From positions 1,364,001-1,428,000 of the forward strand of contig NW_027117343.1 in the NCBI RefSeq assembly GCF_038025025.1: a stretch of 64,000 bases of DNA, given 5' to 3'. The translations under genes were made by a program, and so were the position numbers. The stretch comes from Phyllosticta citribraziliensis. Taxonomy: Eukaryota. The notes below the pieces were generated by a model. That model was not told the origin of the DNA, ran no database searches, and saw nothing but the letters and a program-made list of their open reading frames with translations. Positions 1 to 11,266 of this stretch are shown here, piece after piece (the stretch's first letter is position 1; each line of letters opens with the position of its first letter).

Positions 1-760
1 ACTTTTTCTTGCGCACCGCCAACTCGCGCGCTTCTTCTTCGCCGCCGTCGTCGGCCTCGCCCTCCTCCGCGTCCTCTACGTTTTCGTCCGTCTGGTCCGA
101 CGTGTCTTCCGCCCTGCCCTTCTTCTTGCCCTGGTCTTTCGGCGTGCCCTCCTCCCACAAGTCCGCCGCCTTGGAGCGCCGTGACTTTTTGACCTGCGGC
201 GAGTCTTCTTGCTGCTGCTGGTCGTTCTGAGCCTCTGCGCCGCTGCCGCCCGTCTCCGCCGCCTTCCTCTTCTTGCTCAGCTGATCCGCCTTGAGGCGCG
301 CCATCGCCCTCTCCTTGGCCTGCTGCATTTCGCGCTCCTTGTCGAACTTGTCGTTGCCGGCCAGGCCGGCGTTGATGAAGCGGTTGGCGGCGGGGACGTC
401 GAGCCGTTGTGTCGGCTTTGCGGGCCCGCTTTCGACTTCCTTGATCTTTTGGAAGTACTGGCGCACGCGCGAGATTTCGGTGAAGACGGGGTGCTCTTTG
501 GCTTTGACGCCGGCGAGGGAGAGGTGTGCTGCGTCGAATTAGCTTCATAGTCTGTGAAAATGCGCCAACGGTCGCGTACAGAAGAGGACTGATTCTATGG
601 CGTAAGTGACGAGGACGTAGAGCTTTGCCTTGTCGAGCAGCGGCAGTTTGCTCGCGTTCGCGGAGAGCGCATCTTTGAGGAGCGGTTCGAGCGTTTCTTC
701 GAGGTCGTCGATGTTATCTTCGAGGTCCTCAATCAGCGGCTTCAGATCGACGGAGTCCAT
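1..760 (-). CDS. LRP1: Exosome cofactor Rrp47/Lrp1 (C1D/Sas10 family); 3' end runs off the window
   Basis: Exon 1 760-580 (MDSVDLKPLIEDLEDNIDDLEE...LPLLDKAKLYVLVTYAIESVLF), GT-AG intron 579-529, exon 2 continues SHLSLAGVKAKEHPVFTEISRVRQYFQKIK, the C1D-type HPV..E..RV..Y..KI signature; K/E-rich tail. Confidence 0.85.
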
Positions 761-1056
761 GGCGACGGCGGGGTTGTAGTTCGAGTTGCGGTCGTGGAGC
801 TCGTTCGCAGCTCAAGAAATCCTTCGGGGCGGATCATCCCCTCGGGGCCGGGATCGACGACATGCTGCGGCGGACCTCCGAGCTCTGTCCCTCTCTCTAC
901 TCTTTTTGCCCCACTCACCCGCCTTTGCTTGACCCTGGAGTCGCGATTCAAACATTTGATCCCTTGATGTTCTAGCGCCACCTTCAATCTGTCTTCGCTC
1001 GGCCTCTCCCAAACTCTCCCGCGTCTGCGGCAGAGAATACCATACACGACGTCACA

Positions 1057-2543
1057 ATGCGCCGGCGGTAGCACTCGCCTGGGCGGGGCGGCCTCTTTAC
1101 AACCTTGGACTTTTCCTATTTCACCATCACGATCCCTCAAATTCAGTCGGAGAGAAAACAGGTCAGTCCAGACTATTCATTGAAGGTTTCAATGCTCACA
1201 CTCACAGCCATGTCGTTTCTCCGCGATCATTTAGCACGTCTACTCGACTTCAGGACGAACCAGAAGATCGTCGAGACGCTGCCCGTCGTATTTACATCCT
1301 TGGAACCGGCAGTGTAGGAAAAATGCTGGCGTTCTACCTCCGCACGATCCCAGACCCACCTCCCGTCACGTTGCTATTCCACAAGCCATCTATCCTCAGA
1401 AAATGGCATGCGGCCGGAAAAGAAATAACGCTCCAAGCGCGAGGCGTAACAGAAAAGATGGGTGGGTACGACGTGGAAATGGCGATGCCCAAACGACGCG
1501 AACATGGCAAGGAAGTCGACTATGATAAAGACTTTATGCGGACCTATGTTCCTCCCACGGCCATCGAAGAGGGATTTCGTTATACCTTTGGCGACATTGA
1601 GTATGCCACGCAGCGAGGACTTGGTGTCGAGTCGCAAGAGCCGATTCACAACTTGATAGTGACGGTCAAGGCTCCCGCAACAGTGTCCGCCATTAGCGCC
1701 GTCAAACATCGTCTCTCGCGCGATTCGACCATTGCGTTTTTGCAAAACGGCATGGGACAAACGGACGAAGTCAGCCGCGAGCTGTTTGACGACGCAGAGA
1801 CACGTCCTTCATACATTCAAGGCATCATCTCGCACGGCGTATCCTCGCCGAGCCCCTTTGTGGTTAACCACAACGGCACCGGCACCATCCAGCTCGGTCT
1901 GATGCCACGTCCGGATGGTCTTGCAACGCCCAACCCATCCCCAGCGGTAGACCATGACGTCCCCCAGGAACCGCCTTCGGCGTGGGCCAAGTCTGCCCGG
2001 TACATTTTGCGCACCATAACGCGCACGCCTGCGCTCTGCGCGATCAGCCTCTCGCCCCCCGACATCCAAAGCGCGCAGCTCGAAAAGCTGGCCATCAACT
2101 GCCTCGTCAACCCGCTGACGTCGCTCCTCGACGTCCGCAACGGCCACTTGCTCAACAACTACCACCTGACGCGGGCGACGCGGCTCCTCCTGTCCGAAAT
2201 CAGCCTCATCATCCGCTCCCTCCCGGAGCTGCAGGGCCTGCCCAGCTTGCGGACGCGCTTCGCGCCCGACAGGCTCGAGGCCATGGCCATGCGCGTGGCG
2301 GCGCTGACCAAGGACAACGTCAGCAGCATGCTGGCCGACGTGCGGCGCGGCAACCAGACCGAGATTGAGTATCTGAACGGGTACATTGTGCGTCGCGGAG
2401 AGGAGATGGGCGTGCGCGCTGTCATGAATTACATGATCATGGCCATGGTCAGAGGCAAGAGTGCTATTGTGGAGAGGGAGCGTGACGAGGAGGTCAGTGT
2501 GTTGAGGCCCGAGGACGATGTGCGGCATGGCAGTGGTGAGTAG
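1057..2543 (+). CDS. Ketopantoate reductase (PanE/ApbA)-like protein, probably mitochondrial; 5' end uncertain
   Basis: The frame of ORF 1323-2543 extends upstream through RIYILGTGSVGK (Rossmann GxGxxG) and RSFSTSTRLQ. It contains LIVTVKA, FLQNGMG, KLAINCLVNPLT, NVSSMLADV and TEIEYLNGYIV, typical PanE motifs. Start at 1057 assumes intron 1068-1207 (see findings). Confidence 0.85.
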
Positions 2544-3125
2544 TTGTGGAGTGGTACGAAGCGTGTTGGAGCTGTTTGAATTCATATGATTGGAGGAGGC
2601 GATTTTAGAGCACTTGGATCTTTCACGCAGCTGTCATAGCATTGAGCAATTGTGAGCGAGGGGAATAAGATGGGAAGTTTTGTCAGTAAAATCACATAGA
2701 GATTTATATGGATTCTACCGGAGTGGGTCATTTGAGATGAGGTACTCTTGGTGCCTTGGGCTAGTGTATCTGTTCACCAAATAACGCGCCATTGCCTTTT
2801 TTCATTTCCATTTGGTCACGTTCGAGTGCATTCTTTTCTTTTCTTAGTTAAGAATTAGCGTGTCACAACTCCTCAAAATTGAAATCCTACAGCAGATATT
2901 CTCACATATCTTAAAACTCTTATCGCTCACAGCTGTCCCAAATCCAGGCCGCCGTAGGTCATAGGCGTCGCTATCTGCGATCCGAGAACGGGCACGGTGC
3001 CGAACCGCTCTTCTCCAATCCGCTCAGCAAACGCATTCATATACGTTGCAACCCGCGTCGCTTTCCAACAAGTTGATCTGAGCAATCGGACCAGCGCAAG
3101 GGGCTTCCTGACCTCCTCCAGATCA

Positions 3126-3227
3126 GGCCTGATGGTCTAGTGGTATGATTGTCGCTTCGGGTTCTCCGCATGTCCTGCAGACATGCCTGTATGTGACAGG
3201 CCCCGGGTTCGAATCCCGGTCAGGCCC
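3126..3227 (+). tRNA. tRNA-Pro (anticodon CGG) with 30-nt intron at 3162-3191
   Basis: Acceptor stem GGCCTGA/TCAGGCC, D arm GTCTAGTGGTATGAT, anticodon stem GTCGC/GTGAC with loop TT-CGG-G|T, T arm CCGGG-TTCGAAT-CCCGG; TTTTT Pol III terminator at about 3233. Confidence 0.95.
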
Positions 3228-4093
3228 CATTCTTTTTGCTTTGCTCTTCTTTTTGGCTGGGTGGTCGTTACTGAGCTGGGGATGGCGAGGGAGTTATTTT
3301 GGAGAAAGGAGGTGGTGAGGAGAGGTTTTGGCCGGGTTGACACAGGTGGGAGATGCGTTTTGGAGCTCTGGATGCGTGCCGCGGTGAGTGGTGATGAGAC
3401 GCTGTGGTGTTGAGGTTGGGTGCCACGTGGGGGCGGAAAGACCACGCGAGACTACGCGATGCCATGCGACGGACCTTCAAATATGCTTAATTGGGAAAAC
3501 GTAGTATCGCATGGCACAGCCAACCAAAATGTAGGACAGTAGAAAGTGTCGGCGCCACAGATACATCCAAAAAGGAACTCGGCCACGACGATCATAGCAA
3601 AAGAAGTGCAAAGGAAGCGCTTGATTGCAATTTGGTGATCTTTGTTGGTGCTTTTGAATTGACTGCAAGTCCCTGAAGATTTCCCAAATCCATGCCGGCG
3701 GTTCCTTCAAGAGACTGCTAGAATCGACGACAAACTTGGAAGTGGCTTTTCAGACCATCATCTGCATTTTGTCTCCGCCAATGGAACCAACAACTGAAAA
3801 GGTTGAGTGTTTACATTTTCGTTTGCGTTATCCAACCAAGTGCTCGAGTCGCTCCTGCTTTTCAAAGCCCCCCCAAGTCTCCACCTCCGCACATGTATTT
3901 GTACAAACAAAAAGGATCTCAGGCGCAGAAGAGCTCTGCTTCTATGCACTCTTCACCACACTCTACTCACTCTGCCTCTTCCATCGAACCATCACCACAG
4001 CCTCACCAAACACTCCATCACTTCAACACATTGACGGAACTCTTGCGTCCCAGTCCAATCCACAACAATCACCCCACAAACAAAATCACCACC

Positions 4094-4448
4094 ATGCCTT
4101 CCCTCGTAAGCTCCCCCTCCACCCCACAAACCTCACGCTCACACGCAGCAGCCCAACACCAACACCACTGCCGCAAACAGCGACGCCGCGGCGCACAACG
4201 ACCAAGTCACTGACATGCTGAGCCTCATGGCGACAGTGCAGAAACTGCGCTCCGGTGCCGACGAGCAGGTAAATACAAGCCCCAGATCCACAGACAGCAT
4301 TCTTTGGCTGGCGATGGTAGCATCTGACGGCCAGCAGAGTCGCGTCATCGCCGACGTCAAGAGTCAGGTGGATGAGATGGATCGCCAGGCGGCGCAGGCG
4401 CAGGAGCGTTTGAAGGCGGATGCGGAGAAGATGGACGATACTAAGTGA
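4094..4448 (+). CDS. Small (about 80 aa) hypothetical coiled-coil protein, 3 exons
   Basis: ACCATG start; introns 4106-4148 (GTAAGC..CAG) and 4269-4334 (GTAAAT..CTGAC..CAG) give MPSL|QPNTNTTAANSDAAAHNDQVTDMLSLMATVQKLRSGADEQ|QSRVIADVKSQVDEMDRQAAQAQERLKADAEKMDDTK*. Confidence 0.65.
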
Positions 4449-5008
4449 GATGTCCGCGAGGGAGTGGACTTGTCGGTTGTGATCTGGGGAGTTGGGCAGA
4501 CTGGATGGCGTTGCCTGTGCGATGCCTTTTGGTCGTGGAGCTGATGAAGACATAAAAGGGAACGGCTTTTCGTGGATGGAGTGGAAAGTTGGAGGGCAAA
4601 GGGCATGGATGTGAGGCTGGCAACCTTGATCTCGTGTCTTGCCTACAGAGTGGGACAGGAGGGAAGGAGGCAGACTCTCCAGGCAAGGCTATGGCGGTCA
4701 ACGAATGCGTCTACATGCAGCAGTAGTACCGAAGATCTCATGCTTTTTCGTCAGTAGCCTCAAGACTGACAACACCAAAAGAAAAGCTCTCGGGCCACCA
4801 CTTCTCAATTTCTGACGACAGACTACCTTGCGTAGGAAGGGAAACAAAGAGACTGACAGACAGGTCGCTACACTATCCGCCAGATCAATCGCATCCTGCT
4901 CCCTCATTCCCTGCTCCACATCCTCTTTGCCAGTTCTCCATCAACGTCAAAAAGAGCAAAAACAAGAACACCGTTCGACACCATCCAGCACGCAAACCAA
5001 AAACACAT

Positions 5009-6920
5009 TCAAGCCGCTGCACCACCCACCGCTCCGCCCTTCCGTCTACCCGCGCGCCTCCTCGCCGCCTCGTCACGCCGCACAACGCGCCGCGGCCGCG
5101 TCCGCGAGCGATCCAGATCGTACGCCACAGCCCAGTTGTCGGCGACGTAAGCCAGCAGGTCGTCGTCCGTCAGATTGGGACTGCTGGCGGTCCAGGACTA
5201 TGCTCGCTCGCAAGTCAGCCAGTCAGCCAGTCAACCACTGTCTACGCCTTGACCCACAAGACAGCTGAAGCAGCAAGGGGAGAAGGAAAAGGAGAGAGCG
5301 GGAAAGGGGGGAAGACTCACACAAAACGCCTCCTCATCCAGCTCCGGCCGCCCCGCCCTCCGCAGCCTGGGCACGCGCACCGCCGCCGTCTCGTCCGCCC
5401 CGAGGTCGCGCATGTCGACTGCGCGCGCGAACTCCGTGTACCGCCGCAGCGCCAGCACGACGCGCCGGATGCGCTGCGCCGACACATTACTGTTTTGCGC
5501 CCCAGCCTGCTTCGTCTTCTCGTCTGCGTGGCACTCGGTCGTGGATGCTGCCACGAGGCCGGGCAGCTCGCGCTTGACGCGCGCCCAGAAGGCGGTTTCG
5601 CGGCGCGCCGCGGCGCACGTGGCCAGGTGGACGTGGTAGCGGGACTCTGCGCCGGGGAAGTGAGCGAGGGCGGCGGCGAGGACGGCTGCGCGCGTCGCCT
5701 TTGCCTCCACGTCGCATTCGGCGCCTTTGTGTCCGTTGCACTGGGTTGCTGCGCTGTCGTCGACGAGCGTCGCCGATGACGAGACGTTGGACACATGCGA
5801 GCTGGCTGAGCGGACACTCAGCGTGGGACTGGGGGCAGTGGTGCCTGCGCCGTTGGCTTTGTCTGGCGACGGCGAAGTGGTGAAGGGGTCGTTGGGGAGG
5901 TCGTGGCGCGCGACGAAGGCTGTGAAGACGTTCCAGACGTCGCGTCGTGTGGCCTTGTAGGCTTCGAAGGAGTGGTTCGCACGTCGAATCTGCGGCTGAG
6001 CCTACGAGCGTAAAAAGTGCAAAAGTTAGCACGTCAACGCTTTTGTTGCGGGGAGAGGAGGCGTGCAAGGGGGAGATCGGGATTCAGGGGTAGCAACAAA
6101 AACAACGAAGAAGCAAAAGAGGCAGACTCACCAGCTTCCCCTTCCCATCCTCCGTCACCACTCTCACATTCTGGCCACCAAAATCCCTCTTCGAAAACCA
6201 CCGCGCCGACACAGCGTACTCAAACACGTCCTGCAGCCTCTCGAACCCCTGATCCCACTTGCGCTTGTCGAGGCAGAGGAACTGCAAAATGGCGTCGACG
6301 TCGCTGCTGAGGAAGAGCAGGCCCTCGTTTCCTCCATTGGCTTCAGCACTGCCACAACCGTTGGCCAACAACTTGCCGCCGCCGTCCTGCTGCTCGGCAA
6401 CGCGCACCCACAGCCCAGACGGCCGCAACGACAGGCCAAAGGGGCGGACGCCGGTCTTGAGAAAGCCGAACAAGTCGCCATGCGAGCGGGTGAAGAGCAC
6501 ATACTCCAAGAGCGAGGGCGAGGGGCACAGAATGATGTCGAGCTGGACAAAATCCTCCTTTTTCTCTTCCTCTCCCTTCTTCTTTGCACCACCACCACCA
6601 CCACCACACCACGCAACCCCCGGCATCGGACACGCCAAAAACAGCATCCCCTCAACGACGCGCCCCCTCACGGCGCCCAACGCCCTCTCCACGCGGTCCT
6701 TGACGTCCAGCACGCACGCGCCCGTCCGCACGCTGCCCTTGGGCCGGCTCACGACGTAGTCGACGTCGCCGTAGTCGCGCTTCTCCGGGGCCTCGCGGCC
6801 GACGGCGACGTGGTGGAAGAGGGCGCGCAGGCGCGTCGCGAAGTGTGCCTTGACGGCCGCGTACTGCGGCGGTGGCATGCGCGGGCAGTGGAGGGTTGGC
6901 GCGAAGGTGGTGCCGCCCAT
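5009..6920 (-). CDS. Uncharacterised fungal protein with a Pol-beta-like nucleotidyltransferase motif, 3 exons
   Basis: Exons 6920-6132, 6001-5321 and 5197-5009, joined by GTGAGT..GCTAAC..TAG and GTGAGT..GCTGAC..TAG introns, join ORF-track pieces 6084-6920 and 5231-5794 in frame. Motifs MGG..F..PRMPP..Y, EKRDYGDVDYVV, FVQLDI, SHGDLF. TATA-like element on minus at about 7046-7054. Confidence 0.75.
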
Positions 6921-8538
6921 TGTTTTTGTTGGCGGCGGGGCTGGTGTTGGTTTGGGTAAATGATTGGAGAAGTGATTCTGATGAGGCGCGATGAGGCGGG
7001 AGTGGTGGAGCGATGCCGTAGAGATAGGTGCTCCTGTCGCCCGCCCTTTTTATACCAGAGACCGCTAGCGGTTTTCGTTTGGCTGTTTCCTGCGTCGGCA
7101 CTGCACGCTTGGCTTGGTGGGCAAGTTTGTCGGGCGGCGATCGAAGTGTTGTCGGGAGAAACCACAACGTCCGTCCCAGAAAACAGTCCGAACAGCAAGC
7201 TCAGTCGATCTTTTTCTGCTGTAGCAATGTCAATCGCCAATCAAGGCGATGTTTCCAAGACAAAGACAATCAATCTTTCAAGAGCAGACGGACTTCATCT
7301 CGCAAGCACCAACCAAGCAAGCACTTGCATACCGTCGTGATGTGATACATTATCATTGGTAGTACTCATGCTTGCTTCCCTAGACCTAGCACCAAAAAAA
7401 AAAAAAAAACAAGTCAGCGCAACAAACCTAAAAAAATCCACTCAAACAACTCACCAGAAACCCTCATGACGCAGAAAAGACTTTTTTGAAGCCAGCCCCA
7501 CCACACACCCCCGCAGTGCCCCAGACCGAAGATATGCATACGCACTTCTGACTTCCAAGACAGACAGACAGACAGAGAGACAGACAAACCGAACAACGAA
7601 TGCAATGCTCCTCTAACAAGCAAAACCAGCCAGAGAGCCAGCCAGCCAGACAGACGACATATGACAAAACGACGGAAAACAAAAAGCACAAACCATGGAT
7701 TCGATTCGAAATCAATGATGCCAGCAGCAGTCAGTTAGTTCAGTTCAGTATTTCATTCCAACCAGAAAACCCAGCCCTGTTCGTAATGCACCACCACCCC
7801 ACCCACCCACCCGAGCGCAAACACCCTGCCCTGTCCTATCCATCCATCATGAAAGGTCTCATTCACACCATTTTCAGACAGTGAAAAAAAAGGGGGACGA
7901 CGTCGATAAGGAAAACAAAACGAAAGCAAGTAGGAAAACCATCACAATTCATCATCACCATGCCGGCCCGCCCCACCGCGCCCGCCCCGGCCCCTTGCAA
8001 TGCCACCATCTCATGCTCCAAACAAAAAGCGTGTGTGTCGCATCTAGCTAGACAAAGGGGGATGCATGGATAGGATGCATCATGAATCGGGGGGAGGGGT
8101 ATATTTTTCTTCTTCTTCTATGCAGTGACTGACACAAAGAAACCCACGTTCTTCTTTTTTTTTTTGGTCGTTGTTGTCGATCCATCCACGTCAATGCTGG
8201 CTGCCCGGTTCCCCCGTCCCAATGAGATGATGACGCATGTGCACGCGCGCGATGACTCGAAAGAAAGTGTCGGGCCGGAGAAGGAAGTAAGAGAGAGAGC
8301 ATGAAGAATGTTATGTACGCCATGTCTGCGTCTTCGAGAAGCCGAAAAAGGATATCAGACGTATCGAGAGCCAACGAGAGGCTCCACGGACGAAAGGAGA
8401 CGGTGGCAGCAGATGGGGGTCCAAGACTCCAAGACGAGGAAGGAGGAAACGCCAGCTCTCGAGTGCATCGCCTGGTGTGGGATGGTGTGGTGGTGTGTGG
8501 TAAGCTTTGGCAACTCGGCCCGTTCCACCACTCTAGCC

Positions 8539-10301
8539 TCATTCCGAAACAGGCTTATCGCAGCCAATGCGGCCAAGCAACTCTTTTCTGTCGCTGTGGC
8601 CAGGGATGCTGATGCCGCTAGCTCGCGGGGCGCTTCTCTTGTAGAGCCGCTCGCTCCTCCGCCGCGTCGGCGTGTTGAAGGCTAGCCCTTCGACCCCGAC
8701 TTCTTGCTCGAGCGGCTTTTGGTCGGCGAGCGGTGCAATCTTAAGCGCCTCCTTGCCCGGCGGCTTCTCCTGGCGCCTCAGGTTGTCCTCGAGGTCGTCG
8801 GTGCCGTGCGGCCGGGTGCCGTCTTCCTCCTCGTCCTCGCCCTCGTCGTCTGACCGCGTGTCGTCCGCGCCTTGGCCCGCAAGAACCCTGTAGGCGACCT
8901 TGATGATCATGTAAAACCAGAGGATCGTGATGACTTGCAGTCCGCCGAGGAGCCCCAGGAATGACATGCGGATGCGGTCGTTGAAGCACACGACACCGCC
9001 CGGGTCGCGGAAGGGTTGCAGAATCTCTTTCATGATTTCCCCGCCACCATTCGCCGGGGTCGTTGGCGAATCACCAAGCAAAGAGCCCGACACCGAGTCG
9101 TAGCAGCCGTAGGGCATGACGACCGGGACGATGGTCCAAATCGAGTACATCACCATAATGTACAATACGTGCCGCGCAACGGTCCAAGAGATGATGAAGA
9201 TGCCAAAGCCGACGTCGCAGGCCGTCTGGTATCCGAGGTACTTGAGAATCTTGGCCCCCTGCATTGACTCGTTAGCTCAACACGACGCGTTTATTTTGAG
9301 TTTCGGGCGTACCGAGAGGAAAATGTCGACAACGTCCATGAGGCACAAAATGACGTTGCCGACCTTGGTCTGGTAGTAGCTGTAGCTCGTGAAGATGAGC
9401 GCGCAGGTGATGATGTGGTGCGTAAACATTTGCCAGTGATCTTTCCGTCTCGCCTCCATGTTGATGACGAAGATTTGCTGCAGCCAAAAGGCGAACTGGA
9501 CGAGGTAGTAGCGCTTCATGAGCCCGCTAACAGCATTGGTTGGGAAATTGGTCCAGATCTCCGTCAGGTTGAGCCAGTACGGCGAGTGATAGTATATGTA
9601 CTGCACAACCATCGTCAGTCAAAAGAATCTCGACGATTGTGCTTTGCAGGAATTTTGCTCGACCCATTGGGAAACCTTACCATGCCCACGGCCCAGGAGA
9701 AGCTATAGTAGATCGCCAGCCAGCCCTGCTCGGCGAAGCGAACGCAGGCCTTTTTGCTGCGAATTCCCCCAAGACGCGCACACGGCTTGAGCACGTAGTC
9801 CATGGTGCCCGCCCTAAGCGCCGTAAAGGCGACGACCCAGAAAAAGACGAAGGGAAAATCGTCATACCCTTGGGTATATCTGTTGGTATTCTCGTCGTGG
9901 TAGGACAGGTCGAAGAATTTCCAGGTGCTCTGGCGGGCGCGAGGGAAGCAAAGGTGGGTGAGGCCGAGCAGGAGCAACAGGTTCATGGAAAGGCCTGCGG
10001 CGGGTGCAGGTTAGTAACAATGGCATTTTGGGGGGCATTGCTGCGGCGTACCAATCTGATGCTCCTCAATCCACTTGCAAAATGTGCCAGCTAAGCCCTC
10101 GTCCCTGGTGTTGACCCGGCGGCGTGCCTTGCGCGCCTTGACAACGTGGTCGTTGGCGTCGACGGCGACCCTGGCGACCAGGTTGTTCTTGTTGAGCAAT
10201 TTGGGGGCCGAGGGCACGCTGGCCACGGGCGCGGGCCTCGAGTCTTGGTCGAGCATGAGGAATTTGGCCTCGGTGGCGGGCGAGGCGAGTTGGTGTTCCA
10301 T
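8539..10301 (-). CDS. LAG1: Ceramide synthase (TRAM/LAG1/CLN8 family; resembles the BarA-type clade), 4 exons
   Basis: Lag1 motif RKDHWQMFTHHIIT...MDVVDIFL, RFAEQGW, C-terminal DDTRSDDE; GT-AG introns at about 10051-9995, 9680-9601 and 9311-9259. Confidence 0.9.
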
Positions 10302-11266
10302 TGTGTTGAGGTTGAGCAGAGACGCACGCGGCGCGAGCCAAGTGCAAACCGGGCGCAGGGAGGAGGCAACGTCGACTTCAAGGGGTCATTGAAATCAGCT
10401 TGAAGCTCGAGGAGGGTTGTGGCACAGCCAATTGGTGGTTTCGAAATGTGGTGGGCTTCGCGGTTTCAGTTGAAGGCGGTGTACCTGGCCTGTGGTGGAG
10501 GGCACAGCAGCTGGAGGGTAGGGTTGCGGAGTATGTGCACCGGGCCGCGGCCGAGGGAGCGACAATGGGCAACGGGACGGCAGAAGACGAAGAGAGCGAG
10601 CAGGGCGACGCCTGGTAAAGACAGATGGTGTTGTGGTGTTGTTGCGGGGAAGCTATTCCGGACTGCGGTAGACGCTCGAGCGCTGGCTGGCGGTGGAGCG
10701 AGAAAAGCACAGCACCGCCGCACCTCAGGGCCGCACGAAACTGGGCAAACCTGATACATCGCATGTAATGTGCTGCTGCAAGGGTTGGGCCCGCAGCACA
10801 GCGAATGAGGGCGGCGAGAAAGCCATCGTGCCGACTCGGTTTGGATGCAGAATCGGGGGCCTCGCAACAACTTGGTCCGTTTGTACCCAACCGCCACCGA
10901 CCTGTGCTCCCAGCTACACTGTCACCATCGAGGTGCTTCTGCAGCCAACGAGACGAATAACATCAATCTACCTAGACAAATATCTATCCTACATCCAACG
11001 CGCAACCCTCGCGTTTCCTCCTGAGGGTATCAATGGGCAAAGAAATCGTAAACGAACGCCAGTCTCGTGACTCTGCAATCAATCTCAAACATCCGCCGGG
11101 ACTTTTGCGTCCAACAATGCCAGGCCCTCTATCCAACCTGCCTGCGTCCCAATTTTTTGAACCTCTTCGATACCGAAAGAATGCAAATCATAACTCGTGA
11201 GCAACAGAAAAAAAAAAGACAAAAACGTGTGTGGTTGTGTGTGTGGGGTGGAAAGATAGTCGAGCG

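Noticed and set aside
1068..1207. TPP riboswitch in the PanE-like 5' intron
   Set aside because: No CTGAGA or other TPP aptamer core visible; only the splice-choice logic is similar.
10378..10897. Long uORFs upstream of the ceramide synthase
   Set aside because: TSS unknown; ORFs of this size are common at this GC content.
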